DNA of 64,000 bases from Thermoplasmata archaeon (GTDB lineage Archaea > Thermoplasmatota > Thermoplasmata > Lutacidiplasmatales > UBA184), in assembly GCA_035504395.1 (NCBI GenBank), contig DATJRX010000005.1, positions 3,334 to 67,333 of the forward strand, written 5' to 3'. The position numbers and the translations under genes were made by a program. Every line of letters starts with the position of its first letter. Position 1 is the first letter of the stretch. The notes beneath the pieces were generated by a model. It was given only the letters and a program-made list of their open reading frames with translations. It searched no databases and was not told the DNA's origin. Positions 9,638-18,247 of the stretch are shown here, one piece after another.

Positions 9638-10624
9638 CTATGCGATCGAACCGGCGCTCAGGGCGCTCTCGATGAGCTTCCGCTCGATCACCGCGATCCC
9701 CTCGGAGACCGAGGACTTGCTCCGGTCGAGCCGCCGGGCCAGCTCGGTGAGCGTGACGCCGCGGGGGACCGCGAAGTAGCCCGCGGCCATCGCCTCGCTC
9801 AACAGCGACTGCTGGGTCTGGGTGAGCATCGGTAGGTGGCTGCGGAGGGACCGACGCCGGACCGAGACCACTTGGACATCGGAGTCGGCCCGACGAGCGT
9901 GCCGGAGCACTTCCTTGAACTCCGCGTAGCGCGCGACGACCTCCCATGTGATGACCCCGGCCTGAAGTCGAAGGGGAAACTGCAGGGGGAGCCGAAGTCG
10001 CCGGTAGAGAGCGATCACGGGGGGGTTTCGGTACTTGATACGGTAGAGACACCCGTCCGCGACCTCCGCAAGACTGTCGACCTGGAGCACGTCCCGGAAT
10101 CGGCCGATCTCATCGGCCCACTCTCCCGGGCTCCCGCCGCCGATCCAGTAGTCCGAGACCGAGACGTCGGGGGTCACCTCGGTACGGTTGAGCGCCTCCA
10201 GCCTCAGTTGCGGGTGGCGCAGGCTGAACGGGCCCGTCCAGAGTTGCGAGGGGATCCGCACCTTGAGCGTCGCCACGAGGAGCCGTCCGGCCGACTCGTC
10301 CGCGGACTCCCGGAGCTTCCGCAATCGTTCGGAATCGGACCTCGAGGAGCTCGAGCCAGCGCGAGCCTTCGTCGCGCCCGTCCCCCGGGCCCGCTTCGTC
10401 ACATCGATCCCGGCGAGTGGGCCCCATCGGTCGCGCAGGGGATATACCCTCCGAAGCGCCCTCGCCGGCCGCCGCCGACGCGGCACGGGCGTCGCCCTCC
10501 GGCACCCGAACCCGTTCGGTTCGGCGAAGAGGTTCGGTGGAAGCTCATCCCCCGGGGCCAACCTCGCCCGAACCACGCCGATGATGTCTCCGAATGTGCC
10601 GCCGGACCGACGCGAAGCGACCAC
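9638..10624 (-). CDS. Bat-type HTH_10 (bacterio-opsin-activator-like) DNA-binding regulator
   Basis: C-terminal HTH_10 signature LTQTQQSLLSEAMAAGYFAVPRGVTLTELARRLDRSKSSVSEGIAVIERKLIE. Paralog of 11498..12241. Start uncertain; no internal ATG, so GTG/TTG is possible. Confidence 0.75.
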   Translation of the reverse strand: MVASRRSGGTFGDIIGVVRARLAPGDELPPNLFAEPNGFGCRRATPVPRRRRPARALRRVYPLRDRWGPLAGIDVTKRARGTGATKARAGSSSSRSDSERLRKLRESADESAGRLLVATLKVRIPSQLWTGPFSLRHPQLRLEALNRTEVTPDVSVSDYWIGGGSPGEWADEIGRFRDVLQVDSLAEVADGCLYRIKYRNPPVIALYRRLRLPLQFPLRLQAGVITWEVVARYAEFKEVLRHARRADSDVQVVSVRRRSLRSHLPMLTQTQQSLLSEAMAAGYFAVPRGVTLTELARRLDRSKSSVSEGIAVIERKLIESALSAGSIA

Positions 10625-11435
10625 GCCCGACTCCGCGCAGGGCCTCCCGGCCCCGTCGCGCTCCCGGCGGCCGACGACCCCTCCCGCCCGCCCGGCGACC
10701 GGAGTGACCTCCCGCCGTCTCCCGCCTTCCCTCCCCCCGGACCCGGCCTCGGCCCCGGGGACGGACCGCGTGCCCCGCGTCCCCTCGGCGCTGGTGTATG
10801 GGGAGGACCGGGACCTGGTGAACCTCCTCCTCTTCGCGCTGGCCGAGCAGGCGGACCGCGATCTCCACTGGCTGGAGGTACGCGACGACCGGGGGGGCGC
10901 CGACGGATGGGACGCGGCGCGAGCGGGGTGGGTCGATCCCCAGCATGCGTGGACGACCGATCCCGTGCGCGACCTCGTCCCCGATCACGCCCGGGCGAAC
11001 GCCGCGATATTCGAGCTCGTGCGCTCGGACGAACCCCCCGCGATGCTCGCCCGCCTAGCCGATTTCCTCCGCCTGCCGGAGACGATGCAGCGGATCATCG
11101 GGGAGATGGCGCCGGCGGGCGGCGCCCATCTGCTGGCGGTCGCGAACAGCGACCGGATCGCGGGCCGATTCCCCGACTCGGTGCTGGGCCCGATCCTGGA
11201 CGCGTTCGAGTGGGCGCGCTGCTCCCTGTTCGTCGGCTATGCGGGAACGAACCCGCCGAAGAGCTCCCGGTTCACGCACATCGTGCGGATCGAGCGGGGA
11301 TCCCGGGCGGATTGGAGGCAGGCCCGGATCTTCTTCGAGCGGGAGGCGCTCTTCGCCGGCACTCGTACCGGCGGGATCGCCTCCCCTCTCGATCTCCCTC
11401 CGGTCGCCCGGGTCTTCGAACGCGCCGCGCCCTGA
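10581..11435 (+). CDS. hypothetical protein flanked by the two HTH_10 regulators
   Basis: Globular-looking C-terminal approximately 230 aa of ORF 10188..11435 (LVYGEDRDLVNLLLFALAEQ...HWLEV...FVGYAGTNPP). The start was chosen at MMSPN; upstream is low-complexity. Confidence 0.5.
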   Translation: MMSPNVPPDRREATTPDSAQGLPAPSRSRRPTTPPARPATGVTSRRLPPSLPPDPASAPGTDRVPRVPSALVYGEDRDLVNLLLFALAEQADRDLHWLEVRDDRGGADGWDAARAGWVDPQHAWTTDPVRDLVPDHARANAAIFELVRSDEPPAMLARLADFLRLPETMQRIIGEMAPAGGAHLLAVANSDRIAGRFPDSVLGPILDAFEWARCSLFVGYAGTNPPKSSRFTHIVRIERGSRADWRQARIFFEREALFAGTRTGGIASPLDLPPVARVFERAAP

Positions 11436-11497
11436 GCGGAGCGCCGAACCCGAGGACAACTGAAGAGGCCGACCTCCATCCGGCGAGCGGGGGAGAC

Positions 11498-12241
11498 ATG
11501 CCCGGTCCATCACAGGCGGCTCTCGCGTCGGGGCGGGAAGGCGCGGCCCGCGACCGCGACGCGTCCGGGCGGGCGCCGCTCCTCCTCGCGACCCTTCGAT
11601 TGCGCGTCCCCGATCGAACCTGGCCGGGACCCTTCTCGCGGCGGCATCCCGACGTGTTCATCGAGATCCTGGGCCGGAGCGAGATCGATCCGCGCACGAT
11701 GGTCGCGGACGTCTGGATCAGCGGCTCGCGCCCGGGGGTCTGGGCCGCCGAGCTGCGGCGCTTCCCCGACGTACAGGCCGTGGAGGCGCTGGCCGAGGTC
11801 GGAAGCGGGTCCCTCTACCGGATCCGGTTCGTGAGCCCCCCGATCGTCGGATTCTACCGCACGCTCCAGATCCCGCTCCCGTTCCCCGTCCGCATCCACG
11901 CCGGGCACGTGCTCTGGGAAGCCGTGGCGCGCGCGCCCGAGTTCGCCCGGATTCTCGAGTTCACGCGCGGCATCGATCCCTCGACCAAGATCGCCTGGAC
12001 CCGGCGACCGCCCCTGAAGGACCATCTTCCCACGTTCACGCCCTCCCAGCGGGCCCTCCTGCATCGCGCGATCGCGGAGGGCTACTTTGCCGTCCCCCGG
12101 GGGATCAGCCTGAGCGAGCTCGCCCGCCTCTCGAACCGCAGCAAGTCGGCGGTCTCCCAGGCGATGGCCCTCATCGAACAGCGACTGCTGGAGAGCACGC
12201 TTCGACAGCACTCGTTCGTCGTCGGCCCCCACCCGGAGTAG
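11498..12241 (+). CDS. Bat-type HTH_10 DNA-binding regulator (paralog of 9638..10624, opposite strand)
   Basis: C-terminal 247 aa of the 801-aa ORF. Start ATG confirmed at 11498 (MPGPSQ). HTH_10 signature FTPSQRALLHRAIAEGYFAVPRGISLSELARLSNRSKSAVSQAMALIEQRLL. About 40% identity with the paralog across the N-domain. Confidence 0.8.
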   Translation: MPGPSQAALASGREGAARDRDASGRAPLLLATLRLRVPDRTWPGPFSRRHPDVFIEILGRSEIDPRTMVADVWISGSRPGVWAAELRRFPDVQAVEALAEVGSGSLYRIRFVSPPIVGFYRTLQIPLPFPVRIHAGHVLWEAVARAPEFARILEFTRGIDPSTKIAWTRRPPLKDHLPTFTPSQRALLHRAIAEGYFAVPRGISLSELARLSNRSKSAVSQAMALIEQRLLESTLRQHSFVVGPHPE

Positions 12242-12286
12242 TCGACCGAGGGCTTTTGTCCCGCCCCGCCGTCCTCGGTCGGGCCG

Positions 12287-12541
12287 ATGGTCAGCCTGGT
12301 CATCTGGAAGGGCGCCTCGCCGCGCCAGTTCGCCCTGCTCGCGGCCGGGATCGGCTCGCTGATCGCGATCCTCGGAGCGGGCGTGCTGTGGGTCGCGCCG
12401 GGCCTCGCCGACCGGTCCCTCGCCGACGCGCTCGGGATCGGCGCGCTGGTCCTGGGCGCGGTCATCCTCGTTCCCGCCGTCTGGGTGCTGAGGCGACACC
12501 GCGGCGCGGCCGGCACCGCCGACGCTCCAGAGAGCCGATAG
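12287..12541 (+). CDS. small membrane protein (2 TM helices)
   Basis: 84 aa with two hydrophobic segments (LLAAGIGSLIAILGAGVLWVAPG; IGALVLGAVILVPAVWVL). Confidence 0.45.
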   Translation: MVSLVIWKGASPRQFALLAAGIGSLIAILGAGVLWVAPGLADRSLADALGIGALVLGAVILVPAVWVLRRHRGAAGTADAPESR

Positions 12542-12677
12542 ACCGCTCGGGGAGACCGCCGAGCGCGACTCCTCTTCGGCCGCGTTCCAGGGCCCCTTAG
12601 CTCGCTCGGGAGCGCGCCAATGCGCATAATCCTGTATCAGAACCATTTTAGGCTCGGACCGGCCAGTTCGAAGGACC

Positions 12678-14615
12678 ATGCGGCCTCACCTTGCCGTCGG
12701 ACTGACCGTCGTGACGATCGCCCTGCTCCTGCTGTTTGTCCCGGGCTCACTCCCGCGGACGACGGCCGCCCCGGCCTCGGGCCCGGCATTCGCCGTCGTG
12801 GGTCCGGCGGCCGCGGTCGCCCCCAACCCGTTCTGGTCCGGAATGCCGGCCTCGGTCGCGATCGGCCAGCCCAACCTGACCTCAGCCTCCTCCCCCACGC
12901 AAGCGAACCAGTCGAACATCATTCCCGATCCGGAACTGAGCTGCATGGACGCAAGCGGGAACCTGTGGGTCCCGAACTTCGGCGGTGCGCGCGTGACCGA
13001 GTATCTCGCCCCGCTCTCGACGAACGAGTCCGCCTCGCTCGTGATCGGGCAGTCCGGGTTCTACTCCGACCTCGAAGGCATCAACCAGTCGACCTTTGGC
13101 GCGCCCGCGTCGTGTACGTTCGATTCCCATGGCGATCTCTGGGTGCCGGACTTCTTCGGGGGTCGCGTCCTCGAGTTCGTGCCGCCGTTCTCGAACGGCA
13201 TGAACGCGTCGCTCGTGCTGGGCGCGCCGAACTTCAACTCGACGGGCGGTACGGCGACGGCCTCGACCTTCGGTGGCCCGGCGTCGGTCGCCTTTGACGC
13301 GCAGGGGAATCTGTACGTCGCCGACGCGTCCGCCAACCGGATCCTCGAGTTCACTCCGCCGTTCTCGACCGGGATGTCCGCCTCGGCGGTCCTCGGTCAG
13401 ACGACCTTCCTCGGGGTTCAGGGTGGAACGACCGCGGTGAATCTGAGCTTCCCGATCGGGCTCGGCTTCGGCGGCGGCGTGCTCTGGGTCGCCGACGCTG
13501 ACAACGGGCGGGTGCTGGGCTTCCCGACCCCGGCCGTGGCCGGCGAGGGTGCCCGCTACGTCCTGGGCCAGCCGAACTTCACGTCCCTCGCGGGAGTGGG
13601 GGAGTTCTCCCTCAATAGCCCGGAGAGCGTTGCGGTCGACGCCCAAGGGAATCTGTGGGTCTCGGACTCCCGCAACAACCGGGTGCTGGAGTACGTCGCC
13701 CCCCTCGCGACGAACGAATCCCCCTCCGTGGTCATCGGCCAAACCTCCTTCCTCGGAATCGCGCCCGGCACCAGTCCGACCACCCTGTCGTTCCCGCTCG
13801 GCGCCTTCACGTCTCCGACGACCGGCGACCTGATCGTCAGCGACGGGAGCAACGATCGGGTGCTCGAGTACGTCCCCAGTTCCTACCCGGTGAAGTTCGT
13901 GGCCACCGGTCTCCCCGCGAGCGCCGCGTGGTCGGTCACCTTCGCCGGCGCGTCCGAGTCCGGCTCGGCCTCGGGCATCGACCTGATCGAATGGAACGGA
14001 AGCTACGCTTGGAGCGCGGCCCCGGTGGCGGGGTACGTCGTGGCGCCCGCGTCCGGAGTGCTCAACCTCAACGGGACCGGCGCCACGATCACCCTCGCGT
14101 TCACGCCGGTGACCTTCTCCGTGACGTTCAACGCGATCGGCCTGCCCTCCACCGCCACGTGGACCGTGACGCTGGACGGGGTGGCGCACTCGGGGGCCGG
14201 TGACGCCGCGGTCAGCTTCGCCATCGCCAACGGATCGTACTCATACTCGGTCGCGAGCGTCAGCGGCTACACGACGTCGCCGGCGAGCGGGACGGTCTCC
14301 GTCGCCGGGGAGCCCCAGGAGGTCGGGATCGGATTCTTCTCGACGTCCTCGGGGTCGCCGTCCGGCTCGGGCTCGTCCTCCAACGGGATCAGCCCGCTCC
14401 TCGCGGCGTTGCTTGCCGTAGTGGGCCTCATCGTGGGCGCGGTCGTCGGTGTCCTGATCGGACGTCGCCGGGGCGGGAGCCCGCCTCCCCCGCCCTCGCC
14501 GTCGACCCTCTCGCCGCCCGCGAAGGCGACGAGCGTCAGTCCCCCGGCTCCATGGTCGGAGTCCCCCTCTGCTCCGTCGGGCCCCGGAACGCCGCCGCCG
14601 GGCGCGCTCCAGTAG
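12678..14615 (+). CDS. NHL-repeat beta-propeller surface protein with signal peptide, Ig-like region, C-terminal TM anchor and Pro-rich tail
   Basis: Repeated D(A/S)xGNL(W/Y)V(A/S/P)D...NR(V/I)LE(F/Y) units, at least 5. An N-terminal signal-like segment, a C-terminal TM helix (LLAALLAVVGLIVGAVVGVLIG) and an RRRG..PPPPPSP tail. More than 20 N-x-S/T sequons. TATA-like ATTTTA about 28 nt upstream of the ATG. Confidence 0.8.
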   Translation: MRPHLAVGLTVVTIALLLLFVPGSLPRTTAAPASGPAFAVVGPAAAVAPNPFWSGMPASVAIGQPNLTSASSPTQANQSNIIPDPELSCMDASGNLWVPNFGGARVTEYLAPLSTNESASLVIGQSGFYSDLEGINQSTFGAPASCTFDSHGDLWVPDFFGGRVLEFVPPFSNGMNASLVLGAPNFNSTGGTATASTFGGPASVAFDAQGNLYVADASANRILEFTPPFSTGMSASAVLGQTTFLGVQGGTTAVNLSFPIGLGFGGGVLWVADADNGRVLGFPTPAVAGEGARYVLGQPNFTSLAGVGEFSLNSPESVAVDAQGNLWVSDSRNNRVLEYVAPLATNESPSVVIGQTSFLGIAPGTSPTTLSFPLGAFTSPTTGDLIVSDGSNDRVLEYVPSSYPVKFVATGLPASAAWSVTFAGASESGSASGIDLIEWNGSYAWSAAPVAGYVVAPASGVLNLNGTGATITLAFTPVTFSVTFNAIGLPSTATWTVTLDGVAHSGAGDAAVSFAIANGSYSYSVASVSGYTTSPASGTVSVAGEPQEVGIGFFSTSSGSPSGSGSSSNGISPLLAALLAVVGLIVGAVVGVLIGRRRGGSPPPPPSPSTLSPPAKATSVSPPAPWSESPSAPSGPGTPPPGALQ

Positions 14616-14747
14616 CCGCGGTCGGGCCCCCGAGACCAACCCTTTCCCTCGATCCGTCGCGCACGGATCGCCGCAAGCCCCGTGTCGGGTTCGCCGAGGC
14701 GGCGGCGGCTCGGCGCCACGTATATACCTCGGCCCGTTGCCGGCAGC

Positions 14748-14870
14748 ATGCCCGACGCCGGTGAGACCCAGGTCAGGTGCACCCAGTGCAACACGACGTT
14801 CCCGACTTCGGACGCGGCCGCGGCGCAGCAACACGCCGGGCACCCGCTCGAGCACATCCAGCAGGGCTGA
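14748..14870 (+). CDS. small C2H2-like zinc-finger protein (40 aa)
   Basis: MPDAGETQVRCTQCNTTFPTSDAAAAQQHAGHPLEH has C-x2-C...H-x3-H spacing. Internal ATG of ORF 14682..14870. Speculative. Confidence 0.3.
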   Translation: MPDAGETQVRCTQCNTTFPTSDAAAAQQHAGHPLEHIQQG

Positions 14871-14903
14871 CGCCGGGTCGGGCGACCACGAGCCCGCCCG
14901 GGA

Positions 14904-15779
14904 TCAGAAGTGGGCGAGGAGCCAGGCGTGGATCTCGGGAATGCGTTCGCTTAGGAGACCCAGGTGCCCCGCGTCCGGGAGCAGGTGCGGTTCCGCACGG
15001 GGAAGGTGGGCCGCCAGCCACTGGCCGTGCGCGAACGGGACGAACCGGTCATGGGCTCCGTGCCAGATCTGCAGAGGGCAGCGCACGCTGGACAGGTCGA
15101 ATCCCCACGGGATCGTGTCGGAAAGGTTGTCGTCCCTCATGCCGTCCGCCCCGTGGCGCAGGCCCTCGCGCCCCTCCTCGACGAAGAAGCGGACCAGCTC
15201 GGGCGTCAGCGCGGCCCGGTCGACCTCCGAGAGGAGCGTCGTGAGGATGGACTGGAGCTGTTCGGGGGTCGCGCGAGCATACTCGATCGACTCTCGCTGG
15301 AGCTTCGCTTCCCACGCCGCCGGATCTGAGAGCATGAGGTGCACGTCCTCGCGGTTGGCCTCCCCCATCCCCTCGAGCGGGTCGAGCCCCTCCGCCCCCG
15401 GGGGCGCCACGCCCGCCAGACTCGTCGCCGCGACGACCCGCCCGGGCAGCCGGGCCGCGCAGGCGATCGCCGGAGCGCCTCCCCCGGAGTGACCCCAGAC
15501 CGCGAACCGGTCGATCCCGAGCTGATCGGCGACCGCGGCAACGTCCGGAGCGACGTCGCCGACCCGCCGGCCGCGCCGGGCGGTCGATCCTCCGTAGCCG
15601 GGGCGGTCGTAGCCGATCAGCCGGATGCCTCTCCGCCGGGCGTCGGCGACGTGCGGTGGGTACAGCAAGCGGGACCCCGGGGTCCCGTGGAGCCGAAAGA
15701 CCGGCCGACCGTCCGGATCCCCGTCCTCACGCACCGTCAGGCGGCGCCCGTCGTCCCGCCGGACCTCGTGCTCGCGCAT
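14904..15779 (-). CDS. alpha/beta hydrolase fold protein (proline iminopeptidase/epoxide hydrolase-like)
   Basis: C-terminal 291 aa of the 747-aa ORF. ATG confirmed at 15777-15779. Nucleophile elbow GHSGGG, HGTPGS oxyanion region, and C-terminal Asp/His (HGAHDRFVP ... DAGHL). Confidence 0.8.
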   Translation of the reverse strand: MREHEVRRDDGRRLTVREDGDPDGRPVFRLHGTPGSRLLYPPHVADARRRGIRLIGYDRPGYGGSTARRGRRVGDVAPDVAAVADQLGIDRFAVWGHSGGGAPAIACAARLPGRVVAATSLAGVAPPGAEGLDPLEGMGEANREDVHLMLSDPAAWEAKLQRESIEYARATPEQLQSILTTLLSEVDRAALTPELVRFFVEEGREGLRHGADGMRDDNLSDTIPWGFDLSSVRCPLQIWHGAHDRFVPFAHGQWLAAHLPRAEPHLLPDAGHLGLLSERIPEIHAWLLAHF

Positions 15780-15802
15780 GGAGCGAGACGTGGGCAGCGC
15801 CG

Positions 15803-16207
15803 TCAGGTGACCGGCCCTTCCTGCCACAGCATGAGCAGATTGCCCTCGGGGTCCTGGAAGAACGCCAGCGCGCCGATCCGCTCGAAGGCGATGGGCCCCT
15901 CGGTCCGAAGGGTCATCCCTCCGCGCGGCGCCCGCTGGAACTTGGCTCCCGCGCGACGCAGCTGCTTCACCGCCTTGCGGATGTTCTTCACGACGAACGT
16001 CGAGTACGCGAGGCTCCGCTTCTCCCGCTCCGGGGGCGCGATCAGCCAGACCTCGGCGCCTCCGACGCGGATGTGCGCCCAGGAGTTGCGCATCGCGCCA
16101 GCGCCGCGCGCCCGGAGCTTCGCGCCGAGCGCCTGGGTATAGAATCGGAGAGCCCGGGGGAGTTTCCGGACCGGGATCAACGTCACATGCTCGGACTTGA
16201 ATGCCAT
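15803..16207 (-). CDS. VOC-family protein (glyoxalase/bleomycin-resistance/dioxygenase fold)
   Basis: 134 aa. ATG confirmed at 16205-16207. HVTLIPVRKLPRALRFYTQALGAKL is a typical VOC betaalphabetabetabeta start. Immediately upstream of the hydrolase on the same strand. Confidence 0.7.
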   Translation of the reverse strand: MAFKSEHVTLIPVRKLPRALRFYTQALGAKLRARGAGAMRNSWAHIRVGGAEVWLIAPPEREKRSLAYSTFVVKNIRKAVKQLRRAGAKFQRAPRGGMTLRTEGPIAFERIGALAFFQDPEGNLLMLWQEGPVT

Positions 16208-16478
16208 CGTGTTTCCTCTCACCGAGGTCCCGCGGACCCCCGCGCGCCGGGGACTCTCCCGTACCATATCTAGCTGACCGAGCGCCCCGAGGGTGCGTCG
16301 GTCGTGGCCCGCGACTGGGAAACCCCGGGAGCGGCGATCGAGTCTCGACCGCGGGCCCGACGGGCCGGTACCGCCCGAGCGGGGCGGACGCCCCCGGGAC
16401 CGCGTCAACTCCGATTGACTCCGCGCCTAAGTCGTTCCCGCTCCCATGACCACTGGATGTCGGACAGGGGGGAGAACG

Positions 16479-17126
16479 ATGCAACCGGGAGCGCATCTCG
16501 CCGTGTTCGCCACTGTGCTGGTCGTGCTCGCCTTCATCGTCGGCTCGGCCGTGATGTTCGTGGCCGGCTCGATCCACCCCGGGGCCACGGGACCGCAGGG
16601 CACCGGGGGACAGAACGGCACCGCCGGTGCTAGCGGTGCCAACGGGACCAGCGGGGCTCCCGGCACGAACGGTTCCAACGGGCAGAACGGTACGGACGGT
16701 ACCAATGGCACCACGTGGATCAGCCAATGGTACGGATTCAACGCGAGCTTCCTGCCAACGGGGAACCTCACCTACCTCGCGGTGTCGGTCGAGGGCTGCA
16801 CCGGTGTGGGCAGCGGTGCGTACTACTGCACGGTCAATGTCTCGAACACGTGCGGACCCAAGGACACCGCCCTGATCCAGCCGGCGTGGGCCTGTAAGAA
16901 CTACGAGTTCGCGCTCGTGAACGTCTCCTACGCGATCAACGGGTCGTTCTATTTCGCCGGATCCAACCCCAGCCTCGGGTACGCCCTCGGGTGGGGGCAA
17001 TCCATCGAGATCCAGCTCTGGTTCCAAACGATCGTCTGCGGAGTCTACGCGAGCGGGAGTTCGGCGCCCACGGTACCCACCCTGACTCCGGCCGTCGAGC
17101 TGGGGTTCGCTCAGGTGGCGAACTGA
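16479..17126 (+). CDS. membrane-anchored collagen-like (Gly-X-Y)15 repeat protein with Cys-rich C-terminal domain
   Basis: N-terminal TM (LAVFATVLVVLAFIVGSAVMFVAG), then 15 uninterrupted G-X-Y triplets (GATGPQGTGGQNGTAGASGANGTSGAPGTNGSNGQNGTDGTNGT) carrying N-G-T/S sequons, then a 140-aa Cys-containing domain. Preceded by a G-rich SD (GGGGGGAGAACG). Confidence 0.7.
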   Translation: MQPGAHLAVFATVLVVLAFIVGSAVMFVAGSIHPGATGPQGTGGQNGTAGASGANGTSGAPGTNGSNGQNGTDGTNGTTWISQWYGFNASFLPTGNLTYLAVSVEGCTGVGSGAYYCTVNVSNTCGPKDTALIQPAWACKNYEFALVNVSYAINGSFYFAGSNPSLGYALGWGQSIEIQLWFQTIVCGVYASGSSAPTVPTLTPAVELGFAQVAN

Positions 17127-17207
17127 CCGGGAACGGTCCGAGGGCACGCCCTGCCCACGACGCCGCCGGACTCGCGCTCCGAGCGGCGGGCCTTCTCTCG
17201 GCTCGCG

Positions 17208-17603
17208 TCAGCGCGGCGTAGGGCGGAAGCGCCTCCGACCGGCCCTGTAGAGACTGATGCGATGGCCGTCGGGGTCCCGCAGATAGGCGTGCTCCCAGCC
17301 CCACGGCATCCGCTTCGGCGGTTGGTCGAGGTGCACCCCGTTCCTGACCAGAGACCGGCAGAGAGCCCTCAGATCGGCGGTCTCGAAGTACAGGACGACC
17401 GGCCGCCGGCCGGCTTGTCGACCGCGCTCGTCGCTCGCGTGGAGCGCGAGGGTGGCGCTGCCCCGAGGTCCTTTCAACCGAGCGTATCCGGGCATCGACT
17501 CGATCTCCTGGAAGCCGAGCCGATCGCGGTAGAATCGGAGCGCGGGCCCGACTTTCCGGACATAGATGATCACGTGATTCAGCGCCGCCCGAGGACCGGC
17601 CAT
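17208..17603 (-). CDS. VOC-family protein (glyoxalase-like)
   Basis: LNHVIIYVRKVGPALRFYRDRLGFQEI...DPDGHRISLY is a VOC fold signature. Confidence 0.7.
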   Translation of the reverse strand: MAGPRAALNHVIIYVRKVGPALRFYRDRLGFQEIESMPGYARLKGPRGSATLALHASDERGRQAGRRPVVLYFETADLRALCRSLVRNGVHLDQPPKRMPWGWEHAYLRDPDGHRISLYRAGRRRFRPTPR

Positions 17604-17728
17604 GCGACCCGGAAGCCCGGCGCGCGTAAAGGCCGGCCCGTCGAAATGATTCGTGGACCTCGCGGTCGGTTCGCGGTGTCAACTGCCGTTGACGCCGGGG
17701 TTAACCTTGGTCGGGTCCAGTCCCCGTC

Positions 17729-18220
17729 ATGGCGCTGATCCGCACGATCGTGGTGGCCGTCGACGGTTCAAAGAACGCGGACCATGCCTTCGAGACCGCG
17801 GTCGAGCTGGCCCGGATGTCCTCGGCGGCGCTCACCATCCTCGGCGTCGCACCTACCCACCGGGACTACACGGGCACCTATGGCGGGGTGCGGGCGTCCG
17901 ACCCCGAAGAACGCCGATGGTTCCGGGAGCTCCTCAGCCGGTACTCCAAGTCCGCCCGGGAGGGTGGGGTCTCGGAGATCTCGACGGAACAGTTCGAGGG
18001 TTCCCCGGTCGACTGCATCGTCACCTACTTGGAAGGCGCGCATCCGGATCTGGTCATCATGGGCGCGCGAGGACTCTCGACCACGCGTCGTCTCTTCCTC
18101 GGGAGCGTGAGCGAAGGCGTGCTCCACCATAGTACGTGCTCGGTCCTCATCGTCCGGTCGCCTCCGCCGAAGCCGGCCCGCGACCCGAAGCCGAGACGGA
18201 CCAAGTCGCCCAAGACCTGA
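17729..18220 (+). CDS. universal stress protein (UspA family)
   Basis: IVVAVDGS...A...A..LA ... DLVIMGARGLSTTRRLFLGSVSEGVLHHSTCSVLIV is the canonical UspA ATP-binding pattern G-x2-G-x9-G(S/T). Confidence 0.85.
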   Translation: MALIRTIVVAVDGSKNADHAFETAVELARMSSAALTILGVAPTHRDYTGTYGGVRASDPEERRWFRELLSRYSKSAREGGVSEISTEQFEGSPVDCIVTYLEGAHPDLVIMGARGLSTTRRLFLGSVSEGVLHHSTCSVLIVRSPPPKPARDPKPRRTKSPKT

Positions 18221-18247
18221 CCGCGCGACGCGAGAGGGCCCCGCTCC

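Noticed and set aside
9836-12241. 801-aa plus-strand ORF
   Set aside because: Only the last 247 aa (the HTH_10 regulator) are protein-like. The rest is antisense to the other HTH_10 gene and is G/P/R-rich.
9638-12241. Haloarchaeal origin suggested by HTH_10 (Bat-type) regulators
   Set aside because: Proteins across the window are not acidic (Arg-rich, pI apparently neutral to basic). The ribosomal protein sequences do not look haloarchaeal.
14904-17147. 747-aa minus-strand ORF treated as one gene
   Set aside because: Only the C-terminal 291 aa, from the ATG at 15779, form an alpha/beta hydrolase. Upstream in-frame sequence overlaps the VOC gene and is antisense to the collagen-like gene.
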